A stretch of 64,000 bases of DNA from positions 45,074,001-45,138,000 of the forward strand of contig OZ024750.1 in assembly GCA_964016885.1 (NCBI GenBank), written 5' to 3'. Origin of the DNA: Eledone cirrhosa (lineage: Eukaryota). A model generated the notes under the pieces. That model was not told the DNA's origin. It saw nothing but the letters and a program-made list of their open reading frames with translations, and made no database searches. Positions 31,239 through 46,185 of the stretch are shown here, one piece after another; within the stretch, counting starts at the first letter, position 1; each line of letters begins with the position of its first letter. The position numbers and the translations under genes were made by a program.

Positions 31239-31275
31239 CAGAATATATGTGAGAATAAGTTCGTATGTATATTTT

Positions 31276-31339
<64 letters not shown>

Positions 31340-31374
31340 CAAATCTACATACGAACTTATTCTCACATATATAG

Positions 31375-31427
<53 letters not shown>

Positions 31428-31912
31428 TACACATGAATCTGTATCTATATAAATATATATATATATGTGTGTGTGAGTATGTATATGTAAAGATGAGTGC
31501 ATCTGCTTGTGAGTGTGTGTGTGTATATGTGTGTGTGTATTTCTTTGTGTATGTCTATGTTTAGGTATTTGCATATGTGTGCGCGTGTCGTTCTCTGCTT
31601 TCCTGTGAGTGCACATTGTTTTACTGCTATGCCTACATTCGTGTATGTATATGTATAATATTTCGCCTCGTCTAGAGCTCTGCGTTCTTGTGTGTACCTG
31701 TGTATGTGTATGTCTGAAAGTGTATATGGCTCTATGTACGTGTGTGTGAATGAGTCTGTCTGGGTGTATACAATGTCTAAATAGCCTTTCGGAGAGGCGT
31801 GTTCCAAATTATTTGCGTAAATTGTAAATTAGTGATTCATCATCGGATTCATTGAGGATCATAGGTTTACCATGTAAAGAAGTGTATATATGATATATAC
31901 ATACACACACAC

Positions 31913-32017
<105 letters not shown>

Positions 32018-32194
32018 CATATATTCATATATATGTATATATATATATATTAATATATATATACATATTTATTTATTTATTTCTATGCTTATATATATAT
32101 ATATATATATTAATATATATATACATATATATATGTATATATATCTGTATATATATACGTATATCTAAGTATATATATATATACATAGATATAC

Positions 32195-32270
<76 letters not shown>

Positions 32271-32701
32271 TATATATGTGTGCGTGTGTGTGTGTATTAA
32301 AAACTTTCATACATTGCTAATGTATTAAATATATTGGTAAATATACCACTAGATCTCTGTACATAATGTAAAACTATATACAGCTGTATATTGACATATA
32401 AACACTCACGAAGTATACACACATGTTAACATATTCTACACTCAACTGTATAGAATGTATACGCATCTAATTACAAATATCGCCTAAACAAAGATACAAA
32501 CACGTGTAAATATATATATAAGCACAATGTTATTATAGTTATATATATTTTTCGTAGAATTCAAAACATATCAACGATCCACACAACCACATAACACAAT
32601 TCTATATGTATGGATGTACGTGTGTAAATATGTGTGTATATATAATATATGTATAGGTGTATTATGTGTATGTGTGTAAATATGTATATATATATATACA
32701 G

Positions 32702-32784
<83 letters not shown>

Positions 32785-32885
32785 TACATATATACATATA
32801 CAGATATACATATATATATATATACATATACAGATATATATATATATATATATACAGATATATATATATATATATATATATACAG

Positions 32886-34323
<1,438 letters not shown>

Positions 34324-34436
34324 GATATATATATATATATATATATATATATCTGTATTTTACTTACTTAACGATGTGTGAATTTATGTATATACATGTT
34401 TAATGAGATATAAACAAATAAACATACATGTCTCTC

Positions 34437-34516
<80 letters not shown>

Positions 34517-34759
34517 TGTAATTTTATATATATTTATATATATATATACAAATATATATATATATATACAAATCTGTATGTATATATATATATATATATT
34601 TGTATATTTATATATATATATATATACGTATATATATAGAGAGAGAGAGGAACATGTATGTTTATTTGTTTATATCTCATTAAACATGTATATACATAAT
34701 TTCACACATCTTTATGTAAGTGAAATCTCTCAGAAACCAACTATAATCTAATATACATT

Positions 34760-35060
34760 ACAAACAAACACACACACAAACAAACACACACAATCATACA
34801 CACCATAGATAACACACAGAAACACACACACCATAGATAACACACACAAACACACACACACAATCATACACACCATAGATAACACACAGAAACACACACA
34901 CCATAGATAACACACACAAACACACACACACAATCATACACACCATAGATAACACACAGAAACACACACACCATAGATAACACACACAAACACACACACA
35001 CAATCATACACACCATAGATAACACACAGAAACACACACACCATAGATAACACACAGAAA
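34760..35060 (+). repeat. 70-bp CA-rich minisatellite (~4 units)
   Basis: The unit contains CAATCATACACACCATAGATAACACACAGAAAC with period 70. Confidence 0.9.
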
Positions 35061-35179
35061 CACACACACCACACACCATTCACACAAACACACACACACA
35101 ATACGTTACACACACAGCATACATTACACACACACCATACATCACACCAACACACACACACACACACACACACACCATA

Positions 35180-35655
35180 CATTACACACACACACAACAC
35201 CAAACACACACACACTACACCAAACCAACACACACACACAACACCAAACACACACACACCAAACCAACACACACACACAACACCAAACACACACACACCA
35301 CACCAAACCAACACACACACACCACACCAAATACACACACACCACACCAAACCAACACACACACACCACACCAAACACACACACACACCACACCAAACCA
35401 ACACACACACACCACACCAAACACACATACCACACCAAACCAACACACACACACCACACCAAATACACACACACCACACCAAACCAACACACACACACCA
35501 CACCAAACACACACACACACCACACCAAACCAACACACACACACCACACCAAACACACACACACCACACCAAACCAACACACACACACCACACCAAACAC
35601 ACACACACCACACCAAACCAACACACACACACCACACCAAATACACACCACAAAC
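35180..35655 (+). repeat. CA-rich composite minisatellite (CACCACACCAAACCAACACAC...)
   Basis: Alternating ~21/25-bp subunits in tandem. Confidence 0.85.
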
Positions 35656-35846
35656 AAATATTATTTAGCTTTCATTCCTTTATTGTTGTTGTTGTTTGAC
35701 AAGACGTTAATGTCTGACATGGGGGGGGGGTCATTATCGGCGGGCAGGATCTCATTAACTTAGTGTATCTAACAGGTAAATAAATACATCAGGGCCTCTT
35801 TATACTGCTTCTCATGTTCTATGTACAATTTACCTGTGAAATACCT

Positions 35847-35899
<53 letters not shown>

Positions 35900-35920
35900 G
35901 TATATATATATATATGTATA

Positions 35921-35961
<41 letters not shown>

Positions 35962-35990
35962 CGGAGTATGTAGGAATGAGCCAATATATA

Positions 35991-36034
<44 letters not shown>

Positions 36035-36168
36035 TATATACATATATATATATATAAATATATATACATATATATATACATATATATACATATATATACA
36101 TATATGCATATATATAGATATATATATATATACATATATATATACATATATGTATATGTATAGATAAT

Positions 36169-36200
<32 letters not shown>

Positions 36201-36229
36201 CGTATATATATACATATATATACATATAC

Positions 36230-36282
<53 letters not shown>

Positions 36283-36501
36283 CAAATATGTGTACGTTCG
36301 TGTGTGCGTGTTCAAATCCATATTTGTGAATATGTATGCATGTTTCTATGTTTGTATACATATTGTGTGTGTATTTATATAAATATATCTCTCTCTAAAT
36401 ATATATTATTAAAATAACAGATTAATATATATATATATGTATATGTGTATATATATATATATTAATATATATATATATATTAATATATATATACATATAT
36501 A

Positions 36502-36544
<43 letters not shown>

Positions 36545-36652
36545 GTATATGTGTATATATGTATATATATATGTATATGTGTATATATGTATATATATAT
36601 ATTAATATATATATATATATTAATATATATATATATATTAATATATATATAC

Positions 36653-36717
<65 letters not shown>

Positions 36718-36927
36718 CCTGTGAAATATCAGCTTAATAGAAATTAATCTAATCGATATATATGACTAGCTGTGAGATGAAAATTACAGATGTGTGACGT
36801 GGTTGTTTATCTCTTTACACATCTTGTTTGGTTGGTGGAAGTGAAAATACTGAAATATGTCTTATATTAAACAATGGTGTTAACTTTTGGCCGCCATTAC
36901 TGCTGCTATGTAGGTAAATCATATAGC

Positions 36928-38040
36928 GTTGTGTTGGTGTTGTTGGTGGTGTTGTGGTGTAGGTGGTGTTGTTGGTGGTGTTGTTGGTGGAGGCCGTGTT
37001 GGTGTTGTTGGTGGTGTTGTTGGTGTTGGTGGTGTTGGTTGGTAGTGTTGTAGTGGTGTTGTTGGTGGTGGTCGTGTTGGTGTTGGTGGTGTTGTTGGTG
37101 TTGGTGGTGTTGGTATTTTTCTGGTGGTGTTGTTGGCGGTGTTGTGGTGTTGGTGTTGTTGTGGTGCTGTTGTGGTGGATGTTGTTCATGTTGGTGTTGG
37201 TGGTAGTGTGATGGTGGTGTTGTGTTGTTGGTGTTGTGGTGTTGTTGTGTTGCTGTGTTGGTGTTGTTGGTGGTGTTGTTGGTGTTGAGTTTGTGTTGTT
37301 GGTGGTGTTGTTGTGTTATTGGTGGTGTTGTTGTTGGCGGTGGTGTTGTGGTGGTGTTATTGGTGTTGTGGTGTTGTTGTGGTGGTGGTGTTGTTGGTGG
37401 TGTTGTGGTGGTGTTGTTGGTGGTGTTGTGGTGGTGTTGTTGTGGTGTTGTTGGTGGTGTGGTTGTGTTGTTGGTGGTGTTGTTGGTGTTGTTGGTGGTG
37501 GTGGTGTTGTGGTGGTGTTGTTGTGTTGGTGGTGGTGTTTTTGGTGTTGCTGGTGGTGGTGGTGGTGTTGTGGTAATGTTGTGGTGGTGTTGTTGGTGGT
37601 GTTGTTGGTGGTGTTGGTGGTGGTGTTGTTGGTGGTGTTGTGGTGGTGTTGTTGGTGGTGTTGTGGTGGTGTTGCTGGTGTTGGTGTTGGTGGTGTTGTG
37701 GTGGTGTTGTGGTGTTGTTGTAGTGGTGTTGTGTTGGTTGTGTGATGTTGTTGTGTTGGTGTCGTGGTGGTGCTGTTGGTGGTTTTGGGGTGGTGTTGTT
37801 GGTGTTGGTGTTGTTGTTGGTGGTGTTGTTGTTGTTGATGATGTTGGTGGTGTTGTGGTGGTGTTGGTGGTGTTGTTGCTGTTGGTGTTGATGGTGGTGT
37901 TGTGGTGGTGTTGTTGGTGTTGATAGTGGTGTTGTGGTGGTGTTGGTGGTGGTGTTGGTGGTGGTGATGATGTTGGTGATGGTGTATGTGGTGATGTTTA
38001 TGATGATGTTGGTGATGACGTTGATGCTGGCTATGTTAGA
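36928..38040 (+). repeat. Degenerate (GGT/GTT)n simple repeat
   Basis: Almost exclusively G/T trinucleotides. Confidence 0.9.
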
Positions 38041-38304
38041 GGTGTTTAGGTGAATTGTGTTAGCTGTGATTAAAGGCAAACATAGGAAATAATACTATTT
38101 TCGATAGTGCTGAATATAACAGGATTTTGAGATTTCAAGATATCTTGGGAAATGTGGTACCCGCTATGTGGTCACTTGACCTACTAGAAATAGCAATTTG
38201 AATTGCCTCAAATTACTTCACAACTTCTTAATTAATAACATATTATAATGGTTTAGTGATAATATCAAAAGAAAAGTTTGTTAATTAAAATGTATATAAT
38301 ATGT

Positions 38305-38624
38305 ATAGAATAAGGAGCAGATATTCCAATAGCCTGGGGTTCAAAGGTGCTCAACTCTTCAACAAGCTGCTGCTAAGAAATGTGAGAGATATGCATGGTT
38401 TGGACGTGAATGTTTTCAAGAAACATCTTGTCACCTTGCTATCCCTGATCCCGGAAGAGCCCAGAGCACGGGACAAAGCCAACCTAAGGGGCAGCAGCAA
38501 TGGACTCTCTTTTACAACAATGGTCAGCCTACACAGGTTGGAGATAGATTGTGTAGCAAAAAGGGCGGTGCCCCTGCATGGCCACAGCTGGATGACTGAA
38601 ACAGGTAAAAGAGTAAAAGAATAG
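38305..38624 (+). mobile_element. 5'-truncated CR1/L2-group LINE 3' end (degenerate)
   Basis: Peptide YSNSLGFKGAQLFNKL..RNVRD...VNVFKKHL..LLSLIPEEP is the typical C-terminal segment of CR1-group ORF2; tandem tail GTAAAAGAGTAAAAGA. Confidence 0.7.
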
Positions 38625-38939
38625 TGGTCAAATTGTTGTGACGATGTGCAGTATTAGAGTAAAGCCGTCTCTATTTAATGTGATGGGGTCATGTGTTGCC
38701 AATGTGGTTTCATGCGATGAAAAACCTTAAGAGTGAAATAAGAAGTATTAAAAGGAGTACGTATGGTATTCTCCCGTAACTCCTGATAGGGTCGTAGGGA
38801 CGCCGTATTGACATACGGTGTTTCTTGGGCATACCAAGCCTGACAGAGCCCACCCCTTTCCAGGCTTGAGTAGAGTTGATCTCTTCCAGAGAAAGATAGA
38901 AAGTGAGAGAGAGACGAAATGAGAAAGAGATATAGAGGA

Positions 38940-39100
38940 ATGATCGATCCCAGTACTAGACTGATACTTTTTTTTATCAACCCCGAGAAAAATGAAAGGC
39001 AAAAATTGTCCTCCGCGTGATTTGAACCCCGAGAAGACAGCCGGAACAAATACCATGAATAATTCTTTCCAAAGTTCTAACGACTGTGCCAATTCACCAC
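38940..39100 (-). mobile_element. Older diverged SINE
   Basis: TTTTATCAACCCCGAGAAAAATGAAAGGCAAAA...GATTTGAACCC is the reverse complement of the SINE body and B-box. Confidence 0.6.
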
Positions 39101-39118
39101 TCATTAAAAGGTTTAAAT

Positions 39119-39495
39119 CAGTGTTTCTCAACCTTTTTGACCCCCGGGCCCACTTTTAGCCCCCGAAAAATGTCCGGGCCCACTTATTTTACAAGCGTAA
39201 ACTAGTGGTCAAAAACTATTCCGGACTATAACCCCCACATGATATATATACTAGTGCTTCTCAATCTTTTTGTTCTCCCGGGCCACTTTACTCCCTAGAA
39301 ATTGCCGGGGTCAGTGCTCAAAGAGCATTCTGGAACACTTACCCCCATATGATCCCGACTGCATTTAAATTTTGTCTGATCTTAAGTTCCAAGAAAGTCT
39401 GAAAAAATGTTCAGACCCACTGAAATTTCTCCAGGCCCACTCAAAATGTCCCGGGCCCACTGAGTGGGCCCTTCCCCCACCGTGGAGAACCACTG
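39119..39495. mobile_element. hAT-superfamily MITE
   Basis: TIRs CAGTGTTTCTCAAC / GTGGAGAACCACTG; perfect 8-bp TSD GTTTAAAT (39111-39118, 39496-39503); repeated subterminal GGGCCCACT motifs. Confidence 0.85.
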
Positions 39496-39812
39496 GTTTA
39501 AATCTAATTATTCCTAGAAAAGCTAGAATAGTGACAGTCAGATGGTCATAGAAAGGAAATATCAATATCGCAAAAAGAATCCACCACTTTTTAGAAGCAA
39601 TATATAACAGTGGAACAAGACTTGTTACACGAAAAGTCTTGCTGTGGCAAAACTCTTAACTCTAATGTGACTACGAAATATCAGTTTAATAATATTCATG
39701 ATGATGATGATGATTGCAATATTAATAATAACAAAAACAACAACAATAATAATCATTATTATTACCATTATTATCATTTAACTCTCTCTCACTCTCTCTC
39801 TCTATCCCTCTC

Positions 39813-39847
<35 letters not shown>

Positions 39848-39867
39848 ATCTGTGTATGTATGCATAT

Positions 39868-39905
<38 letters not shown>

Positions 39906-40377
39906 GATACACATATACATACATACATACATAAATACACGCATATATACATGAATACAAACGCGTACACTCTCATATATATATATATCCATACATTCAA
40001 ACATACATACATACTTACTTACTTGCATACATGCATACAGACATATATAAAAACATAGATACATATACAAACATATCTAACGTTCAATCAATTACTGATT
40101 TATCTCAGCTTAAAACAAAATACCGCCTTGAGCTTCCAAAGAAAGTAAATAGCAAAACAAGAGAACTCACTAGACAAGTAGTAAGTATTAAATAAGACAA
40201 CTTTAATGAATTTTGGCAAAATAACAATTTCTGCCTGATTCCTGGCGGAAGACACACATTTCAGCCATGTTTTATATATACGTAGGATTTAGTTCTATTA
40301 TTTTTCTTTATTCTATATATGTATGAATGTGCATATCTGTGGTATTGGTGTGTTCAAAGATTAGTGCATCTACTTGT

Positions 40378-40464
<87 letters not shown>

Positions 40465-40556
40465 TGTGCGTGCGTGTGTGTGCGTCGCGTGTATGTGTGT
40501 ATGAATGTATGTGTGTATGAAATATTGTGCTTGAAAATCAGTATATGATTGTGATT

Positions 40557-40795
<239 letters not shown>

Positions 40796-40814
40796 TATAT
40801 TATATATATATATA

Positions 40815-41155
40815 AGGGCGGTGGATTGGCAGTATCGGTAGAGGGTCGGACGCCATTCTTTCCAGCATAGTTACGTCCCTTTACGATCTGAGTTCAAATC
40901 CCGCCGAGGTTGACTTTGCCTTTCATCCTTACGGGGTCGATAAAATAAAGTACCAGTAATGTACTGTGCCAAAAGTAGAAACAATTATATATATACATAT
41001 ATTATATATATATATTATATTATATATATATTATATATATATATATATATATATTAGGTTATCTTTGCCTCTCATCCTTACGGGGGCCGATAAAATAAAG
41101 TACCAGTAATGCACTGGGATAATTGCTGGCCTTGTGCCAAAAGTAGAAATAATTA
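40815..41155 (+). mobile_element. Full-length SINE (40815-40988) and a 5'-truncated SINE (41056-41155) in (TA)n
   Basis: Match to the 1203-1394 family. Confidence 0.85.
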
Positions 41156-41212
41156 TATATATATATATTATATATATATTATATATATATATTATATATA
41201 CATACCTACATA

Positions 41213-41248
<36 letters not shown>

Positions 41249-41276
41249 CATACCTACATATATATACATATATATA

Positions 41277-41422
41277 GGAACCAGTAAGACACCGACAGCT
41301 GAGCTCAAGCCGTTTCGACGGCTAATTCTGGACTGGTTCCTATTACCCACTCTACTACCTCAAGTATTGAGTACTTTGGTGCGTTATGGTCCACCTGGTT
41401 CCTTACCACATTTCCTTCGTTA
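41277..41422. mobile_element. PLE terminal relic (family X), inverted short arm plus tail
   Basis: Left part resembles 20256-20307; TAGGAACCAGT/ACTGGTTCCTA inverted ends; the tail resembles 20375-20445. Confidence 0.6.
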
Positions 41423-41435
41423 CATATATATATAT

Positions 41436-41518
<83 letters not shown>

Positions 41519-41523
<5 letters not shown>

Positions 41524-41770
41524 AAAATAACAGATTACAGTTTAAGCAAAAAATCGCTGCTTTCACCCTTAACGGGATCTTCTGAAACTAACAAAGTCAA
41601 TCAGATTGACTTTGTTAGTTTAAGAAGATCCCGTTAAGGGTGAAAGCAGCGATTCTTTGCTTAAACTGTAATCTGTTATTTTAATAAATATTTGCTCTAC
41701 GGTTCTTATATATTTGATATATATTTTCCTTATCAAGCCCTCTTTGGATTTTAGTCTACAATTTTATTAT
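41519..41770. mobile_element. Fold-back PLE end (family Y): 84-bp arms around 41603 plus an ~80-bp tail
   Basis: 41519-41602 is inverted relative to 41604-41687; hammerhead-like (C/A)AGAAGA-TCCC-GTTAA-GGGT-GAAA in the arms. Confidence 0.65.
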
Positions 41771-41797
41771 TATTACTATTATTATTATTATTATTAT

Positions 41798-41857
<60 letters not shown>

Positions 41858-41930
41858 ATACACATATACGTATACATGCATATATACACAAATCTAAGCA
41901 TACATTTATATATATGTATATATTTAAAAA

Positions 41931-41972
<42 letters not shown>

Positions 41973-42108
41973 AGTGTAATTTTCTACACAAAACGAAGGT
42001 TATAGAGAAAATTGAGGTTGGTAATGGCACATGGAATATATAAGAGACAGAATACTTTTTTGTGAAAAAACATAATTTTATAAGGTAAGGAAATAATAAA
42101 GGGTATAA

Positions 42109-42156
42109 AAAATGACCGGTTTCGATGGGTCTGCAAAAGCCATCTTTTCAAATGTT
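42109..42156 (-). ncRNA. Degenerate hammerhead in a PLE 3' relic (~41968-42385)
   Basis: Minus strand AACAT-TTGAAAA-GATGG..CCATC-GAAAC-CG-GTC-ATTTT: intact stem II, palindromic stem III and GUC site, but a mutated CUGANGA. Confidence 0.45.
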
Positions 42157-42428
42157 GATTAATATTAAGAAAAATTAATAATACGAAGAGTTAAAATTTG
42201 AGACTTGAAAATTCAAGTATAAAATTCATTGTGGGATTTCATAGCAGTTTTCATCTAGGTAGCAACAACAGGTTGACTGCTGTGTCCCTTTCTGGTAGTG
42301 AATGAGAAGTTATTTGGGGTGTGGGTTATTTTATAAAGGTCAGATTTAGCAATAGCCAGCTACTGGTCAGTGAGGGGGTGGAAGCAATATACACACACAT
42401 ACCTTCATCCACACATACATACACATAC

Positions 42429-42479
<51 letters not shown>

Positions 42480-42548
42480 CACACATACATACACACACAC
42501 ATACATATACATACACACATACACACACACACACATATATATACACAT

Positions 42549-42580
<32 letters not shown>

Positions 42581-42768
42581 GTAGATAAATCTACCAAGAG
42601 TTTACGGTAGTGTCCAATCCGTATGAAGAACTCAATGTATTCCGGATATCATGGAAAGAAGAGATGTAATGAAAATCCAATTTCGGTGAAAGATAAACGG
42701 TATACAGAGTCAAGATAAAATATTAAACAAATAATGAACAAACAATTCCTTATATTAAACAAAAAAAG

Positions 42769-42923
42769 TTCACTATTTAACGATCGTTTCTAGGGCATAT
42801 ATGTGCTATAATTGGTATGCATATTTAACAGATCTATGTACAAAATTATACAAAATTATACAAATTATCAAGATTAAATATACATACCTAACTCATATAT
42901 ACGCCGTCTTCAGAAATAATGAA
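42769..42923 (-). ncRNA. Type I hammerhead ribozyme with extended stem II (copy 1)
   Basis: Reverse complement of 56781-56935. Confidence 0.8.
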
Positions 42924-43691
42924 GTATATTTATTGATAATAACAACAATTCAAAATATCAGTTCAAAATTGACCAATGAAAACACAAAGGGTTAAAAAAC
43001 AGTTTGGTGTGTGTATATACATGTAAAACCCTACACACATTTTACAATAATGTGTGTATAATATGTATGTGCATACTAAAAAGATGGATGCAAATAAAAA
43101 ATTTCAAGGTTAATATCTCTGTAAGCTTAATGCGCTGATAAGATACGCAATGATACTTATGTAGTCAAGCATATAAATATATTTTTTTCATACTCACACA
43201 TATCAGTATAATCACACATACATGTGCGTATATATATAAATATACACATAACCACGAACACACAAACACACACACACCCCCCACTCACATTTATATATGT
43301 GGATATAAAATCATAAGCAAATAGAAATTAAGTCACTCACATAAACACACTGGTACACACATTTCAAGATCAAGATACAGAAATTAGGTGGGAGGGGGGG
43401 GGGAGGGGTCAGTATTAGGTTGTCAGACCAGACAGCCTAATATAAATGTATCTATAAATTATGAAAAATAAAAAAATAAAAACAATAAAATATATTACAT
43501 AATATAATGTACAAACGCATACAGATATACATACACATACGTACATGTACGCGCACATAGAGATATCTACACATACATACATACACACATACCTATACTG
43601 TCCTACACACACATACATTTACACGAACATACACATACACATATAAAAAGATAAAAATACGGACACACACACGCGCAACACATACACACAT

Positions 43692-43740
<49 letters not shown>

Positions 43741-43850
43741 TATACACACACACACATAGACTCACATATATATACATACACATACATATACTTATACATA
43801 AACATATATATCCCACACTCATACCACCATGAAAACACATACAAACATCC

Positions 43851-43897
<47 letters not shown>

Positions 43898-44000
43898 TAT
43901 ATAAACATACGCACACGTACACATATATGCATATATACATACACACATACACACATACACATATATATATATATACACACACACATAAAATACAGACATG

Positions 44001-44037
<37 letters not shown>

Positions 44038-44133
44038 TTCATTACCCTTATATATACACATAGTATATATACATACACAACCTCACTTATACACATATAC
44101 ACATAAGTTATATTACAATAATAATAAAGAATA

Positions 44134-44164
<31 letters not shown>

Positions 44165-44887
44165 TATACACACATATACACATATACATACATACACATA
44201 CATATACATACATACATACACATACATACATACACCTAAATATAAACATATATAAATACACACATACGAATAAAGACATATATTCACACATAGACACCTA
44301 TATACACATATATATATATATACATATATATATATACATATATATCTATATACACACACATACACATACATACACATATATATATATATATACACATATA
44401 TACACACGCACACATATACAGACACACATACACACTCACATATATATATATATATATATATATATGTGTATGTGAGTGTGCGCAAATACATACATATATA
44501 TACACACACACATACAAACACACACAAACACATACATATGCATACATGCACACACACACACATATATCACATAGATACGAAGATAAACATATAAATAGAG
44601 AGACATACAAATATATACAGAACCCATGTAAAAATACATGCAAACACGCATATACATATATACATATATACACACATATATATTCCTATATACAAGCATA
44701 CACATACGCACACATATATACATATACCTACACATATATATACCACACATTCACATACACGTACATATATAATACATATATATACATACATATACATACA
44801 TATGTATGTACAATCATATATACACACTCAATCTTACATTCATATTTACATGCTCATATATGTATTTTTATATCTAGAAATAAATAC

Positions 44888-44926
<39 letters not shown>

Positions 44927-46185
44927 ATATAGACACCCATCTACCCATATATTCATACATATACACTTACAAAAACAGATGATAATAGTATGGGGGAAAG
45001 GGGGGGGTTTGGAGAAGGGGATCAAAGTAAATATATGTTTCAAGAAACCTATAATATTTTCCATATCTTAATTCAATGTATGTTCTTACATATTTTCAAT
45101 GCTAGGAAATACGAAATCTATGCATCACAAAATAAAAAAGTATACCATTAATCATATGTCAACTAAACCAAAGATAGTCAACATATTGATTTCCAAGGTG
45201 TAAATTAGTTAGGTTTATAATATTTGAAGCAGAATTATGAAGTCAAACAGTAGTAGATTATTAATTACATTATAACTAAATTAAAGTTAATAATAGGGAA
45301 AAGAAACCCAAATAAAAATAAAATAAAGTATTACATCGGTAGTAGCATATAAATTATATGTAAACTAAGTTAAAAATTATATATTTATTTCAATAGTATA
45401 TGTTAATTAGTATATGTTAATTAGGTATACAATACATAAAGCAGATATTGTATTTCATCAATAGCATAATATAATTATATGCAAATAAAAATCAAAATTA
45501 ATACGCATACACATACATATACATACACATACACATACATATACATATACATACACATATATATATATATATATACACATATATACACACGTACATACAT
45601 ATATAGTCACATAAATATACATACAGATACACATACAATACACACATATACATATACATATAGATATACATATCTTTTCCAAAAAATTTGCACAGAATAT
45701 ATTAACTAGGTATATATCCAAAAACACCTCCCATTCTATGATTACATGAAATTCTGCAATTCGTCTGTACAAGGATACTAATTTTAAGCAAATTAAAATT
45801 AAAATTAAAGTTTTAGGTTGATTAAAGCTAAAACCAAATAATAAATATATTTCCAAAATGTATATTAATTAGGTCAATAATACTAAAAATTCTTTCTCCG
45901 TCATAGGATACATGATATTATTTTGTTATATTTTATCTGTAAAAGAATTATAATAAAAAAAATTTTATAATAAAAGGTTAAACTAAATTAAAAAATTATA
46001 ATAAAAGGTTAAAATAAGTTAAAATTAATCTATAAATTAAATTACTGAATATATATTAGTAATATTTAAAGGTTTTTCAAAATTAATGATTACATAATAT
46101 TTTCTCATCTGTAATAAAATATTAATTAAATTAAATTTATAGGTTAACTAACATTTAAATTAAATTAAATTCTAGAATAATGTTA

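Noticed and set aside
36928-38040. Telomere-like G/T-rich tract or Cys/Trp-rich protein
   Set aside because: Degenerate GGT/GTT repeat with no TTAGGG units
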